From: a virus
Lineage: Duplodnaviria; Caudoviricetes
Length of the DNA: 64,000 nucleotides
Virus record (IMG/VR): IMGVR_UViG_3300025435_000018
Location: 1,691 to 65,690 of that record
Reading direction: 5' to 3' (one strand)
The translations under genes and the position numbers were made by a program. Under the pieces are notes generated by a model. That model searched no databases and had not been told where the DNA came from. It saw nothing but the letters and a program-made list of their open reading frames with translations. How positions within the stretch are numbered: position 1 is the first letter of the stretch; every line of letters begins with the position of its first letter. This document shows, piece after piece, positions 28,941 through 37,620 of the stretch.

Positions 28941-29633
28941 ATGACATACAAACTTTATATCAAAACACATACAAAGACGGGATTGAAATATCTTGGGTAT
29001 ACCCGCCAAAACCCACTCACTTACAAAGGTTCTGGAAAATACTGGAAACTTCATTTGACTAAACACGGAAATGATGTTGAAACAGAAATACTCCACGAAA
29101 CCTCCGATAAGAAAGAAATCAATCGTCTTGGTATACATTATAGCACACTTTGGAATATTGTCGCAAGCCCAGAATGGGCTAATCTTAAAGAAGAAGCAGG
29201 GGATGGTGGAGCGATTCCACAAAAACCAGAATGGAACGCAAAACGATCAGCTGCCTTAAAAGGTCGCAAATTCAGCGAAGAACACAAAGCAAATTTGTCA
29301 AAAGCAAATACAGGTAGAAAAGATACCCGAAGCCCAGAGACAAAGGCGCAAGCCGCTATAAAAGCATCAGCAAAACTCAAAGGTCGCAAAAAGCCCGAAG
29401 GGTTTAGTGGAGCTGTTAGTAAAAGAAAACTTGGCACAAAACACTCCGAAGAAACATTACACAAAATGAAAACGGCTTGGACCGCGGAAAGAAAGGCCGC
29501 ACAAGCAGAAAGGCGGCAAATTCAAAATGAAAATGCCCCGTTGCTTGTTTGCCCACATTGTGGAAAACAAAGCAAAAATAAGGGCAATATGAACAGATAT
29601 CATTTTGATAACTGCACCAAGTGCTTACACTGA
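28941..29633 (+). CDS. free-standing GIY-YIG (Seg-like) endonuclease with NUMOD3 repeats and C-terminal Zn ribbon
   Basis: LYIKTH..TGLKYLGYT; YKGSG.YW; FSEEHKANLS and HSEETLHKM; CPHCGK...RYHFDNC; TATAAATA 5 nt before the ATG. Confidence 0.88.
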   Translation: MTYKLYIKTHTKTGLKYLGYTRQNPLTYKGSGKYWKLHLTKHGNDVETEILHETSDKKEINRLGIHYSTLWNIVASPEWANLKEEAGDGGAIPQKPEWNAKRSAALKGRKFSEEHKANLSKANTGRKDTRSPETKAQAAIKASAKLKGRKKPEGFSGAVSKRKLGTKHSEETLHKMKTAWTAERKAAQAERRQIQNENAPLLVCPHCGKQSKNKGNMNRYHFDNCTKCLH

Positions 29634-29950
29634 CTTCTAAAACGGAATCCTGAACAAGTACAGGTCATGCCGTTTTCAGTACGCTCCACCGTATACTTGT
29701 CACCCTTGCTACCTGTCACAGTCCAACGTGGATTGAGATTTTCTTCAGTGGCAATTTTGTAGCCCCAAGTATTTTTAACCGGGGTGAACTTGCGTCCACG
29801 AGTGTCAATGCGAATAAAACGCTTGAAGGTCTTTACCTCACCGCTGTTTGGCGCCACGTAGGCATACATCTTGCTTTTGTCATCACTGAGCAGGTAAACG
29901 CCGTTGGCGGTATTGTCTTGATAGACTGTGGTCTCTTGATAAAATTTCAT
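29600..29950 (-). CDS. SWIM zinc-finger protein
   Basis: GSKGDKYTV...CTCSGFRFRSQCKH; start moved to MKFYQ. Confidence 0.8.
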   Translation of the reverse strand: MKFYQETTVYQDNTANGVYLLSDDKSKMYAYVAPNSGEVKTFKRFIRIDTRGRKFTPVKNTWGYKIATEENLNPRWTVTGSKGDKYTVERTENGMTCTCSGFRFRSQCKHLVQLSK

Positions 29951-30201
29951 CAGTAGTCTCCGCTCAACAAGAACATGGTCAAGTCCGGGCCTTCGACACG
30001 CACACATTGATTGGCATAACGTGTTGCGCTTTGGCTGTGAACTGTGCTGTTGTTGCCTTTGTAGGTCCATTCCACACGAATCTGCTTGGGCGTGAACTTG
30101 ATGATCTTACCCAGCTTCATGCCACCATAGGGTGCAGGAAACACCACATAGTCGTCGATGGCCAATTCACGTTTAAGAAAATCTCGATGTTCAGTAGTCA
30201 T
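29950..30201 (-). CDS. small SH3/KOW-like hypothetical protein
   Basis: DFLKRELAIDDYVVF...GKIIKFTPKQIRV; paralog at 34699. Confidence 0.7.
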   Translation of the reverse strand: MTTEHRDFLKRELAIDDYVVFPAPYGGMKLGKIIKFTPKQIRVEWTYKGNNSTVHSQSATRYANQCVRVEGPDLTMFLLSGDY

Positions 30202-30419
30202 TGTGAGTCCTGTTTAGTAGTGGGTACAAAATCAAAGCGCCAGTCTGTGCCCCGGTACAGGTCACGGGCCATTTCTTGCATTTCACGCTCTAGTCCTTCT
30301 AGAGTACGAGTCTGCCAAACTGACGTGCTGAACAGACGCTCGCCGGTGCGAAAACGAAGATCACGCTTGTAAATGTACATGGTGTAGGTTTGTTTCACTG
30401 CGAGTTCCTGCGTTGTCAT
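30198..30419 (-). CDS. hypothetical protein
   Basis: Leaderless start MTTQE 6 nt after TATAAT. Confidence 0.7.
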   Translation of the reverse strand: MTTQELAVKQTYTMYIYKRDLRFRTGERLFSTSVWQTRTLEGLEREMQEMARDLYRGTDWRFDFVPTTKQDSQ

Positions 30420-30450
30420 ATGCGTATTATACAACCAAAATCATTTTGGG

Positions 30451-30708
30451 TCAAACAAGTTGAAAGTATTTTTGATTGCTTTGGATTTTGACCACTTGCA
30501 ACAGGCCCATTTTGTAGAGGTAGTAGTCGGTGTACTCGTTGCCTGGATAACCTGTAGAAGTGCGAGGATTGGGATCAATATTAGCAGCTCGCAACATGTC
30601 AGCGCGACTACGAACTTGACCGTCTTGCATCAAGTCCAGAACCTGTTGCATTTTTTTGTTGATTTTAGCAGGAACTCGTGTTGCCCAAGTATCGTAGTTG
30701 CATTTCAT
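30451..30708 (-). CDS. hypothetical protein (possible winged HTH)
   Basis: AGGAG SD; strong early promoter. Confidence 0.65.
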   Translation of the reverse strand: MKCNYDTWATRVPAKINKKMQQVLDLMQDGQVRSRADMLRAANIDPNPRTSTGYPGNEYTDYYLYKMGLLQVVKIQSNQKYFQLV

Positions 30709-30786
30709 TTCCAACTCCTGTTTTGCTTTGCTATGTGTATATTATAGCACGGATGCCATTTCTGGACAAATCACAACAAGTAATAC

Positions 30787-31176
30787 TCAAGTAGTACTAA
30801 ATCGAGCCCTGTGTGCTTGTACTGCACGGGCACGGGCCACAGCCAATCTTATTTTAATGTAGTCACTCAGTTCAAGATCATCCTGTGCTCGGCGCTCAGG
30901 CGCAAGCACAACTTCAGGACGGCGATATAAGACCTGTAGGTCCAATTCGTCAGGACCCGGTGCATCATCGTTGTCGTCGTCAGTTAACTCATTTAGTGTT
31001 AGTAGACGTCTTTGCGCTTTTGGTAGTGCATGGACCAAAGCGCTTCTGGTCACAGTCCGACTCATCAAGACGGAACGTTTGTGGTAGACGAAAGTTCCGT
31101 CCACCGAAGTCGTCTTTGCCGGGCTTGGGCTCGAAGCGGCTAAAAGGGCCAGAGCCAGAATTACAAATCTCATCAT
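30787..31176 (-). CDS. hypothetical secreted protein
   Basis: Signal-peptide-like MRFVILALALLAASS. Confidence 0.55.
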   Translation of the reverse strand: MMRFVILALALLAASSPSPAKTTSVDGTFVYHKRSVLMSRTVTRSALVHALPKAQRRLLTLNELTDDDNDDAPGPDELDLQVLYRRPEVVLAPERRAQDDLELSDYIKIRLAVARARAVQAHRARFSTT

Positions 31177-31267
31177 AATAGTGTCGATTAAAATCTAACA
31201 TGGGTTGATAGCATCTAATTGCTATATATACAACGTGTTAGCGACTGTTTGCGTTGACACGTTTGGA

Positions 31268-31720
31268 AAAGAAAAACCCGCCGAAGCGGGTTCTGCTATT
31301 TTGGTTAAGAAGGCATAACTGCCCCCTGGGTTTCGCTGTTTAGGCGAATGCTGCCTCTGTACGAGCAACTCGGGTTCCGCCGAAACGGAAACCTTTAGCT
31401 GCTTTTACTTTGACTGCCCCGATTTTTGTAGATGTTTTTGCATTTACGTTTTTTTGTCGTCTTCGGCCAGGTTCCCCCAACCCTACGGCTTCCACATTGC
31501 CGAGCGCCATTACCCTTACTCTTTGCCCTGTCGAATCCTTTCAGGCCCAACTAAGTAGTTTAACCCAAGTGCTTCGTGTCCTGTCTTAAGGGGTCACGGC
31601 CTTGTCCGATAGAAGACAGGCAAGAAAATCGGTTAACTAAATCAAACTACTTAGGTGGACCTGCCGGCATACGATAGCCGGGTCCAGAACACTTTTCTTA
31701 ATAACAGTTTACGCTGTTCT
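31268..31720 (-). ncRNA. ssrA: circularly permuted (two-piece) tmRNA
   Basis: Acceptor piece ...GTTCTGGAC-CCGGC-TATCGTAT-GCCGG-CAGGTCC-ACC ends at 31654. It lies UPSTREAM of the coding piece GGGCCTG-AAAGGATTCGAC-AGGGC starting at 31548. The 7-bp acceptor stem has G3.U70. Tag ORF 31441-31340 follows GTAAAT|GCA. Terminator at 31271-31293. Confidence 0.92.
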
Positions 31721-31722
31721 TT

Positions 31723-32577
31723 TTATTTAACTTTTCTTGCACGGAACGCAACTCTTATGCTCATAATAGTGTTGTTTCTATTACGTGTTGGTTGTGTACT
31801 GTGCAGGGTACGTCCATCATAGATGATTAATCTGTTGGGACGCAAACACACCAAGGCACCTTCATCTTGCCATCCAATGTTATAGTTACGGCGTTGTTGA
31901 CTAGGCCCGTCATTGAATTGTTGATGATCACCTGTAGCACCTGTGGGGTCTTCAGGATAGAATACAAGTTCACCGCCCCAACTTGGATACCATTCAAGTG
32001 TGGCGACATACAACATAGTCACAGTATTTTCATCACTGAGATCGGATGTGTCTCTATGTACATAGCCCTGTAGTGTCAGTTCATCATGTCGACTACCGTT
32101 GGCATAGCATCTCCAGCCCTGTTCAATATTGGGATCTTGTGTAGCAGGCATGGGGTAGTCTTTCCAAGCCATGCCCTCGGGCTCGCCGTCTAGGGTATAC
32201 TGGTTGTCTAACTTGAGATTAATGCTGTCCCACAGTTCACCAATAACGGGATGTTTTTCTTTAACACTGGCCTCATCAACACCAAACATGGTGCGCGGCT
32301 GTGAACAAGTTGGTCTACGTGCCGCAGGCCCAATCCAAGATGCATCCCATTCATTGGGTTTGAACAGTTGCATTTCAGAGTGCGTACCTATCCAATATTG
32401 GTGCCAAGGGCAGTTCATTAGATAGTCATAAATTTTCTTGTGCTGTGCTTGATCAAGAAAATTGTCATGCACTTCCCAATTGGGCAGTCGTTCAACTCCA
32501 GGAATTGAAAAGGGCGGTTCGTTGTGTTCTTTGAACACGCTGGGTTTTTCTTTGTAGGGTAGTCGGACGTAGCTCAT
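31723..32577 (-). CDS. 2OG-Fe(II) oxygenase
   Basis: VHRD (HxD), WGGEL, PNRLIIYDG.TLH, R.AFR. Confidence 0.88.
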   Translation of the reverse strand: MSYVRLPYKEKPSVFKEHNEPPFSIPGVERLPNWEVHDNFLDQAQHKKIYDYLMNCPWHQYWIGTHSEMQLFKPNEWDASWIGPAARRPTCSQPRTMFGVDEASVKEKHPVIGELWDSINLKLDNQYTLDGEPEGMAWKDYPMPATQDPNIEQGWRCYANGSRHDELTLQGYVHRDTSDLSDENTVTMLYVATLEWYPSWGGELVFYPEDPTGATGDHQQFNDGPSQQRRNYNIGWQDEGALVCLRPNRLIIYDGRTLHSTQPTRNRNNTIMSIRVAFRARKVK

Positions 32578-32596
32578 AATTGATTATACAGATATT

Positions 32597-32723
32597 TATT
32601 AGTCTAGGCAGTGCATCTGACTTCACAGATAGTAGGGCGAACATCCCTAGACACTGTAAGCCGGTATAAGCGGTCGTGTCGTCCTAGCTAATACCCACGA
32701 AAGGGGCACAGGGCCCCTTTTTT
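32597..32723. ncRNA. candidate structured RNA (four-helix junction plus terminator hairpin)
   Basis: Paired segments TATTAG(T)CTAGG/CCTAGCTAATA, ATCTG/CAGAT, TAGGG/CCCTA, GACAC/GTGTC, CCG/CGG; then AAAGGGGC..GCCCCTTTTTT. Confidence 0.45.
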
Positions 32724-32737
32724 GCACACTTGCAGAA

Positions 32738-33082
32738 TTACTCTGCGGCTTCTGTGTCTTTGGCTTCAGCACGTGCCTTGATGGCTTCCATGCTGGGCTT
32801 TGCCTTGACCTTAGTGGCCTTGGTCTTGACTGTGGCCACTGAATTGTATTTTGCATCTGCGCTGTCAATAGCCTCGCGGTATGCTGGGTTAGCATACAGC
32901 TCATGTGTCTTGAGGAAAGTGACCACTGCGGGCTTGTCCATACCGTGTGGCAACTCGATCAGCTGAATGTCTTGATCGCTCTTGCTCAAGATCTTGATAC
33001 GGCTCACAATGTCGTTAGCGAAACGAACCTTGTATGCGCCTTTGTTTTTGCTAACGCCTGCAACAGTGAAAAGTTTATCCAT
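32738..33082 (-). CDS. conserved phage hypothetical protein
   Basis: FTVAGVSK..G.YKVRFAND; GGAG SD; start moved to MDKLF. Confidence 0.8.
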   Translation of the reverse strand: MDKLFTVAGVSKNKGAYKVRFANDIVSRIKILSKSDQDIQLIELPHGMDKPAVVTFLKTHELYANPAYREAIDSADAKYNSVATVKTKATKVKAKPSMEAIKARAEAKDTEAAE

Positions 33083-33330
33083 TTGAAATACTCCAGTTAA
33101 GTTGATTGAAAAACCAGTTGTCTTCATCGACAACGTATTCAAATTGTAGCAGATAAGTCATTTGGCGTCAACCACAATTTGAATTTCTTTTAGCCAAAAT
33201 TACTTGGCCAATTCTTGACTTTGGGTTTTGACTGCTTCAACACCATGGTCCATAATTCGAGCTACACCCGAAAAGCCCACAGTGGCAACAATCAAACCCA
33301 ACACGAAACCAATTGCAAGTTTGGTCATGC

Positions 33331-33552
33331 TTACCCCTTAGAGTTAGTGCTAGTTGAACTTTTGAACAAGAGACCGAACAATGCGCTCAGGCCCCACCCT
33401 TGCAACCAAGTGATTTCTTTCACTCCGGTTACTGCATCCACCAAGCAACCATTCCACAGCATGTAGACTGGCCAACTCAGCAAGAAACTGATAAACAGGA
33501 TAGTGGCAATGACTACCACTGCACCTGTAACTACTAACAAAAATTTATCCAT
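33331..33552 (-). CDS. small membrane protein
   Basis: Two TM segments; LWN...ITWLQ.W.L. Confidence 0.75.
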   Translation of the reverse strand: MDKFLLVVTGAVVVIATILFISFLLSWPVYMLWNGCLVDAVTGVKEITWLQGWGLSALFGLLFKSSTSTNSKG

Positions 33553-33563
33553 TTACTATCTCC

Positions 33564-34013
33564 TTAGGCTTCCACGGGTTGAACTGCAAGTGCTTGTGTC
33601 AAGGGTACCAACTTGTTGCCAAATTCAGCATCACTGCCGTAAGTGGTGCCCACGTACCACACACCATCACGCATGATGTAGTAGTATTCTGCGGCACAGT
33701 TATCGCATTGTTCCAAAAACTGTTCAAACGTGTGTGCCACTTGAAACTCTGTACCAGTCTCTTTACGATCGCGTCCGTAAAAGACTGTGCAGATGCCCGA
33801 GGGCTTGTCAAAACTGTGTTCAACACCTTCGGGAATTTCCACTTCAGGGCACAGGCTGCTCAAGTCACCTAGCGCCACTAGGAAGTTGGCCTTAGAGCTG
33901 TCATAGTGCTCTTGCAACATCTTGCCATTATAATCCAGATAACCGTCCCAATGACAGTAAACTGATTTACACTTGTCACCGTGCATGACACCAATACGAC
34001 TACGTGTTCCCAT
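33564..34013 (-). CDS. conserved phage hypothetical protein
   Basis: MGTRSRIG...SVYCHWDGY; AAGGAG SD. Confidence 0.85.
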   Translation of the reverse strand: MGTRSRIGVMHGDKCKSVYCHWDGYLDYNGKMLQEHYDSSKANFLVALGDLSSLCPEVEIPEGVEHSFDKPSGICTVFYGRDRKETGTEFQVAHTFEQFLEQCDNCAAEYYYIMRDGVWYVGTTYGSDAEFGNKLVPLTQALAVQPVEA

Positions 34014-34024
34014 TCTGCTTCTCC

Positions 34025-34264
34025 TTAAGCCATGTTGAGTTGAACTTGCAAACCTTCCCAAGTGCCGGCGAGACCGCAAGCAGATTGGTCTGCGGCGCCT
34101 GTGCCGCTACGTGTGAATTCCAGTGCATCCAATGCCTTTTGTGTTGCGGCATTGCATTTCATGAAGTCGCCAACGCCTGCACGAATTTGTCGTGCAGTAG
34201 CATAAAATGACACTTCGCCAACATTAACACGAAAACGCTGTGCCTGTTTAAAACGCTTGATCAT
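34025..34264 (-). CDS. hypothetical protein
   Basis: AAGGAG SD; early promoter. Confidence 0.7.
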   Translation of the reverse strand: MIKRFKQAQRFRVNVGEVSFYATARQIRAGVGDFMKCNAATQKALDALEFTRSGTGAADQSACGLAGTWEGLQVQLNMA

Positions 34265-34340
34265 TGCCAACTCCTTTTTGCTTAACATGTCATTATTATA
34301 GCAAAGATTTCATTTCTGGGCAAATCACAAAAAGTAATAC

Positions 34341-34607
34341 TTAATGCTGAACTTGCAACAAGACCACGCTGGCGTCGGCTTCGTTGACAAAGCTGATCCA
34401 GTAGGGACGATATACGCTACCCCGATTGGCGTGCCCAAAATTTGCCTTCCAAATGCAAGATGCTTTGTATTGGCTACCGTGCATGGCATAGAAAATATTT
34501 TCAACACGGGGACAAGACTTGGTATCATAGCTGTCCCAACGGAAAGCCCATCGGTGGCCTAATTCTTTGTAGGCTTTGTGTCTACGATTTAATTTTACCA
34601 ACTTCAT
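34341..34607 (-). CDS. small protein, divergent FxL[KR]W-family member
   Basis: Ends ISFVNEADASVVLLQ. Confidence 0.65.
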   Translation of the reverse strand: MKLVKLNRRHKAYKELGHRWAFRWDSYDTKSCPRVENIFYAMHGSQYKASCIWKANFGHANRGSVYRPYWISFVNEADASVVLLQVQH

Positions 34608-34698
34608 TTCTTTAATCCATATGACTTGGCAGCGTATTCGTAGCTGTCTCGACTCTGTTGCCAAGATTTAGAGAACAACCAATTGGCCAGACGAGTAA

Positions 34699-34950
34699 TC
34701 ATTGATAACCTTTCCGGAGTAACCACACAGTCACATCCTCTGCTGGGATCACGCACATTTCGTCACTGAACTTTACTACACTTTTTGTGGTCTTGCTGGG
34801 CTCTGCCAGTTTGATACGTACAGGGCCTCCTGAGTTTTGTCCGCCGGGGTGGGGCTTGCCAACGCCAATTACCCGGTAAACATTGGAGTAGAATACCACA
34901 AAATCATCCACGTGAATTGGACGACCAATAATGTCTAATACTTCGTTCAT
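34699..34950 (-). CDS. small SH3/KOW-like hypothetical protein
   Basis: LDIIGRPIHVDDFVVFY; paralog of 29950. Confidence 0.7.
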   Translation of the reverse strand: MNEVLDIIGRPIHVDDFVVFYSNVYRVIGVGKPHPGGQNSGGPVRIKLAEPSKTTKSVVKFSDEMCVIPAEDVTVWLLRKGYQ

Positions 34951-35162
34951 ACTGTTTTTCCTTCCTGTGCCACGATGCCTGTAAGAGTGCCATTCCAACC
35001 CTGTTGCCACCACTGACCCATCATGCCACCATAGGGGCAGGCTGTGATGGGCAGGCCTTTGTCTCTGGCTGCACGTCCTGCTGCCCTTGCCTCTGTGGCT
35101 AGTCGGGCGTCTGTTTCATAGGTTGCGATACTGGCTGTTGCACCTGCTACTGGATTTATCAT
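34947..35162 (-). CDS. ribosome modulation factor (Rmf/CrpP-fold)-like protein
   Basis: AGRAARDKGLPITACPY.....WWQQGW aligns with RMF GYQAGxxGRSxExCPY....RxxWLGGW. Confidence 0.65.
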   Translation of the reverse strand: MINPVAGATASIATYETDARLATEARAAGRAARDKGLPITACPYGGMMGQWWQQGWNGTLTGIVAQEGKTV

Positions 35163-35467
35163 TCTTTGCCTGCTTCCTTCAGTGTATCAAACAACATCAA
35201 GGCCTCGTGCGCCTCCCGTGCTTCTTCAAATGCTTTGTTCAAACGTTCCAGCTCACGGGACACTTCTTTAAATCGTGTGCCGTCCAGCTTACGTAAACTG
35301 TCCAGAGTTTCAAATGCCCGTGCCAAGTCATGTTCTATCCCGACCCGTAGGAAATCGCTACTCCAGCCTTTGTCGTATACACTAGAGTAGCCACGCAAGC
35401 GGGCAATCTCTGCGGCACTGACTTCGCACAACACCACATAATCACTGATTTTTGCCATTACTTTCAT
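35159..35467 (-). CDS. hypothetical protein
   Basis: Coupled ORF. Confidence 0.7.
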   Translation of the reverse strand: MKVMAKISDYVVLCEVSAAEIARLRGYSSVYDKGWSSDFLRVGIEHDLARAFETLDSLRKLDGTRFKEVSRELERLNKAFEEAREAHEALMLFDTLKEAGKE

Positions 35468-35724
35468 AATTCATCCCAACTGCAAAGTCCCAACATATAT
35501 TGTTTTTCTTTTGAAACACAATATTCGCCCCACTGCAATACAAACGCACTTGCGTCTGTGTCATCACGAAAACCAAATTCTACATAATCCTCGGTGTCAC
35601 GGGCGAAGTTTATGTTCCAACGAACATAATCCTCTTTGCCGAACACTTCACTGCACCAGTCATGAATCTTGATCATGTTATTGTAGTCAGCCTGACGGGC
35701 ACGGGGCACAATGTAGTGTTTCAT
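35464..35724 (-). CDS. small protein, FxL[KR]W-terminal family
   Basis: DWCSEVFG...FGFRDDTDASAFVLQWG. Confidence 0.75.
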   Translation of the reverse strand: MKHYIVPRARQADYNNMIKIHDWCSEVFGKEDYVRWNINFARDTEDYVEFGFRDDTDASAFVLQWGEYCVSKEKQYMLGLCSWDEL

Positions 35725-36026
35725 CGCCATTCGCTTCCTGAACGCATTTCTTCTTCGGTGAACTGTCCACCTGAGCGGTCCGGATTACGAGTCCAACTGT
35801 CCAGATTGGCCTGTTCGCAACATGCTTCTACATCCTGCAGAATACGCTTGAGTTCGTCAATATTGATTTCAAGGAATTCAACAGTTGCAAAATAAGCCGC
35901 TTGCTTGGCCATGTCTCCTTGCCAACTACCATCGCCAAATGCTCGTTGGAACTTCATGTCCTTTAGCATCTTTTCCTTGCCGGCGATGGTGTTCTTCAAG
36001 TTGTCTCGGACGGTTTGGATGTTCAT
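35721..36026 (-). CDS. hypothetical protein
   Basis: SWTRNPDRSGGQFT motif. Confidence 0.75.
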   Translation of the reverse strand: MNIQTVRDNLKNTIAGKEKMLKDMKFQRAFGDGSWQGDMAKQAAYFATVEFLEINIDELKRILQDVEACCEQANLDSWTRNPDRSGGQFTEEEMRSGSEWR

Positions 36027-36298
36027 TTTGCTTCTTTCATATTGGTTAGACTAAAGTAAGTGTGGCCTACAGTCCAATCAGTGTTCCAACGAACCATTAC
36101 ATTGTAGATACGAATCCAACCATTACGCCAATTTAAGCACCACATATAGTTGCCTTTGAGATTGTAGCGTGTCAGTTTCATCGCTTGCTCCAAAGACGAG
36201 ATTGACTATAACCTTGTGCCGACAGTTGACGGCGAAAATCTTGTGTGGCCTTGCGGAATGCCAAACGGCTCATCAGTCGGCGGAATAGTTTTTTCATT

Positions 36299-36502
36299 TC
36301 AACAGTCCTTTGTAGTATTGACTTTGATAGTTTCTTTTTTGCGTTGTTTTGTTTTGGGATCAAAATAATCCAAAGTAAGCCCTTGTTTCAGGAGATTTTC
36401 AAATTGTCTACCTACATTAGAACAGCGTGAGCATAGAGCAATTCCAATCGAAACTTTTTTCATTTCACACCCACAATTGATACAATTAACTTGTTCGTTC
36501 AT
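36299..36502 (-). CDS. small Zn-ribbon protein
   Basis: CINCG...CSRC. Confidence 0.55.
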   Translation of the reverse strand: MNEQVNCINCGCEMKKVSIGIALCSRCSNVGRQFENLLKQGLTLDYFDPKTKQRKKETIKVNTTKDC

Positions 36503-36717
36503 AGTTCAACCTCAACGTCTTGGACTCGAAATTTTGGAAATCTGCCGGTATCAACATATTGAAAGTTATTCACTGTGTCCAGTAATCCATTTAAATCATT
36601 GGACAGGCATTTCTTCATTGTCATAAAATCTTTGTTTTCTAACCAATAAAATAACCAGACGACTTTGCCCGGTTCAATCTGTCGTTTGAAAATGTATTTC
36701 ACGTCTGAGAGTGTCAC
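36499..36717 (-). CDS. hypothetical protein
   Basis: GTG start; AAGGAG SD; AT-rich. Confidence 0.6.
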   Translation of the reverse strand: MTLSDVKYIFKRQIEPGKVVWLFYWLENKDFMTMKKCLSNDLNGLLDTVNNFQYVDTGRFPKFRVQDVEVEL

Positions 36718-36728
36718 GGCTCAACTCC

Positions 36729-36920
36729 TTAGTCTTTCATTTTGCGGACACCTACATAGATGCCTGCTTCGTGTGGAATCTCTTTGACCTTTGCTCGAGC
36801 CTCATCTTCTGAGAGACCCCGGAACAACACTTCTTCACTAGAGTAAGTTCTACCGTACTTGCTTGAGAAGAAGCGTTCTCGGTAGACTTCGTAGAATGCT
36901 GGGTAGTAATCTGATCTCAT
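36729..36920 (-). CDS. hypothetical protein
   Basis: AAGGAG SD. Confidence 0.65.
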   Translation of the reverse strand: MRSDYYPAFYEVYRERFFSSKYGRTYSSEEVLFRGLSEDEARAKVKEIPHEAGIYVGVRKMKD

Positions 36921-36930
36921 GATACTCTCC

Positions 36931-37254
36931 TTAGTGTGTGTTCAACTCTGGCATCGCGTCGTTGATGATTTCACGTTCAACACCGTGTGCTGGCTTGCGG
37001 CCACGCACAACATCAACCAACAACATCACAAACGCACCAGCACCGTGTTCACGAATGCTACGGCACAGAGCCCAATCTTTGTTTTCTGTCAGTGCGCGAC
37101 GCACATGCTTTTGAAAACGAACTTTGAGTGCTCGGTTTACAGCATTGCCGCAAACTGTGATGCCAACATAGTGTTCATTTGTGTTAGTGTTGACTAACAT
37201 GTAGACAGCATGTTTAGTATCTTGTCTGCGTTTACGAGTGTTTTTTGCTTCCAT
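36931..37254 (-). CDS. single-domain GIY-YIG nuclease-like protein
   Basis: AVYMLVN....HYVGIT..R..KH...ERE.I....PELNT; leaderless start MEAKN. Confidence 0.78.
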   Translation of the reverse strand: MEAKNTRKRRQDTKHAVYMLVNTNTNEHYVGITVCGNAVNRALKVRFQKHVRRALTENKDWALCRSIREHGAGAFVMLLVDVVRGRKPAHGVEREIINDAMPELNTH

Positions 37255-37340
37255 GTGTATATTATAGCACTCTAGCCATTTTTGGACAAATAAGCAAAAA
37301 CCCTGTTGTTTTCGTGCAACAGGGTTGTAGTACTTGGGTA

Positions 37341-37550
37341 TTACCGGACTGGTCCCTCGTAATCGGCACGTACATACCATTCAGGGGCAGAATCTAAATT
37401 GTTGTGTTTAGTATTATAGTCGATGGCCCACTGTCGAGCTTCGGCCTCGTTGTCAAAATACTTGGTGTCCCAGGGCTTGCGTCCCGAGAAACGATCGTAT
37501 TCAGTTAGCTGTACACGGTAAACTTTTTGTGTAAATTTGACTTCTGCCAT
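37341..37550 (-). CDS. hypothetical protein
   Basis: AAGGAG SD; promoter within hairpin. Confidence 0.75.
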   Translation of the reverse strand: MAEVKFTQKVYRVQLTEYDRFSGRKPWDTKYFDNEAEARQWAIDYNTKHNNLDSAPEWYVRADYEGPVR

Positions 37551-37620
37551 CTTGCTTCTCCTTTTGCTACAGTTTCAGTATAACATCACTGTAGAAAAGA
37601 GCAAGAGGCCTGTTGCGTAT

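Noticed and set aside
31654-31690. tRNA gene or pseudo-tRNA
   Set aside because: There is no anticodon arm, and the 5' acceptor strand lies downstream followed by a tag ORF, which fits a permuted tmRNA.
32645-32685. Twister ribozyme-like text (GCCGGT..AAGCGG)
   Set aside because: It lacks the conserved UAA cleavage-site context and the pseudoknot partners; kept only as an unassigned structure.
32647-32904. 85-aa minus-strand ORF over the structured region
   Set aside because: It overlaps the better-supported 32738 gene in another frame and has no SD or motif.
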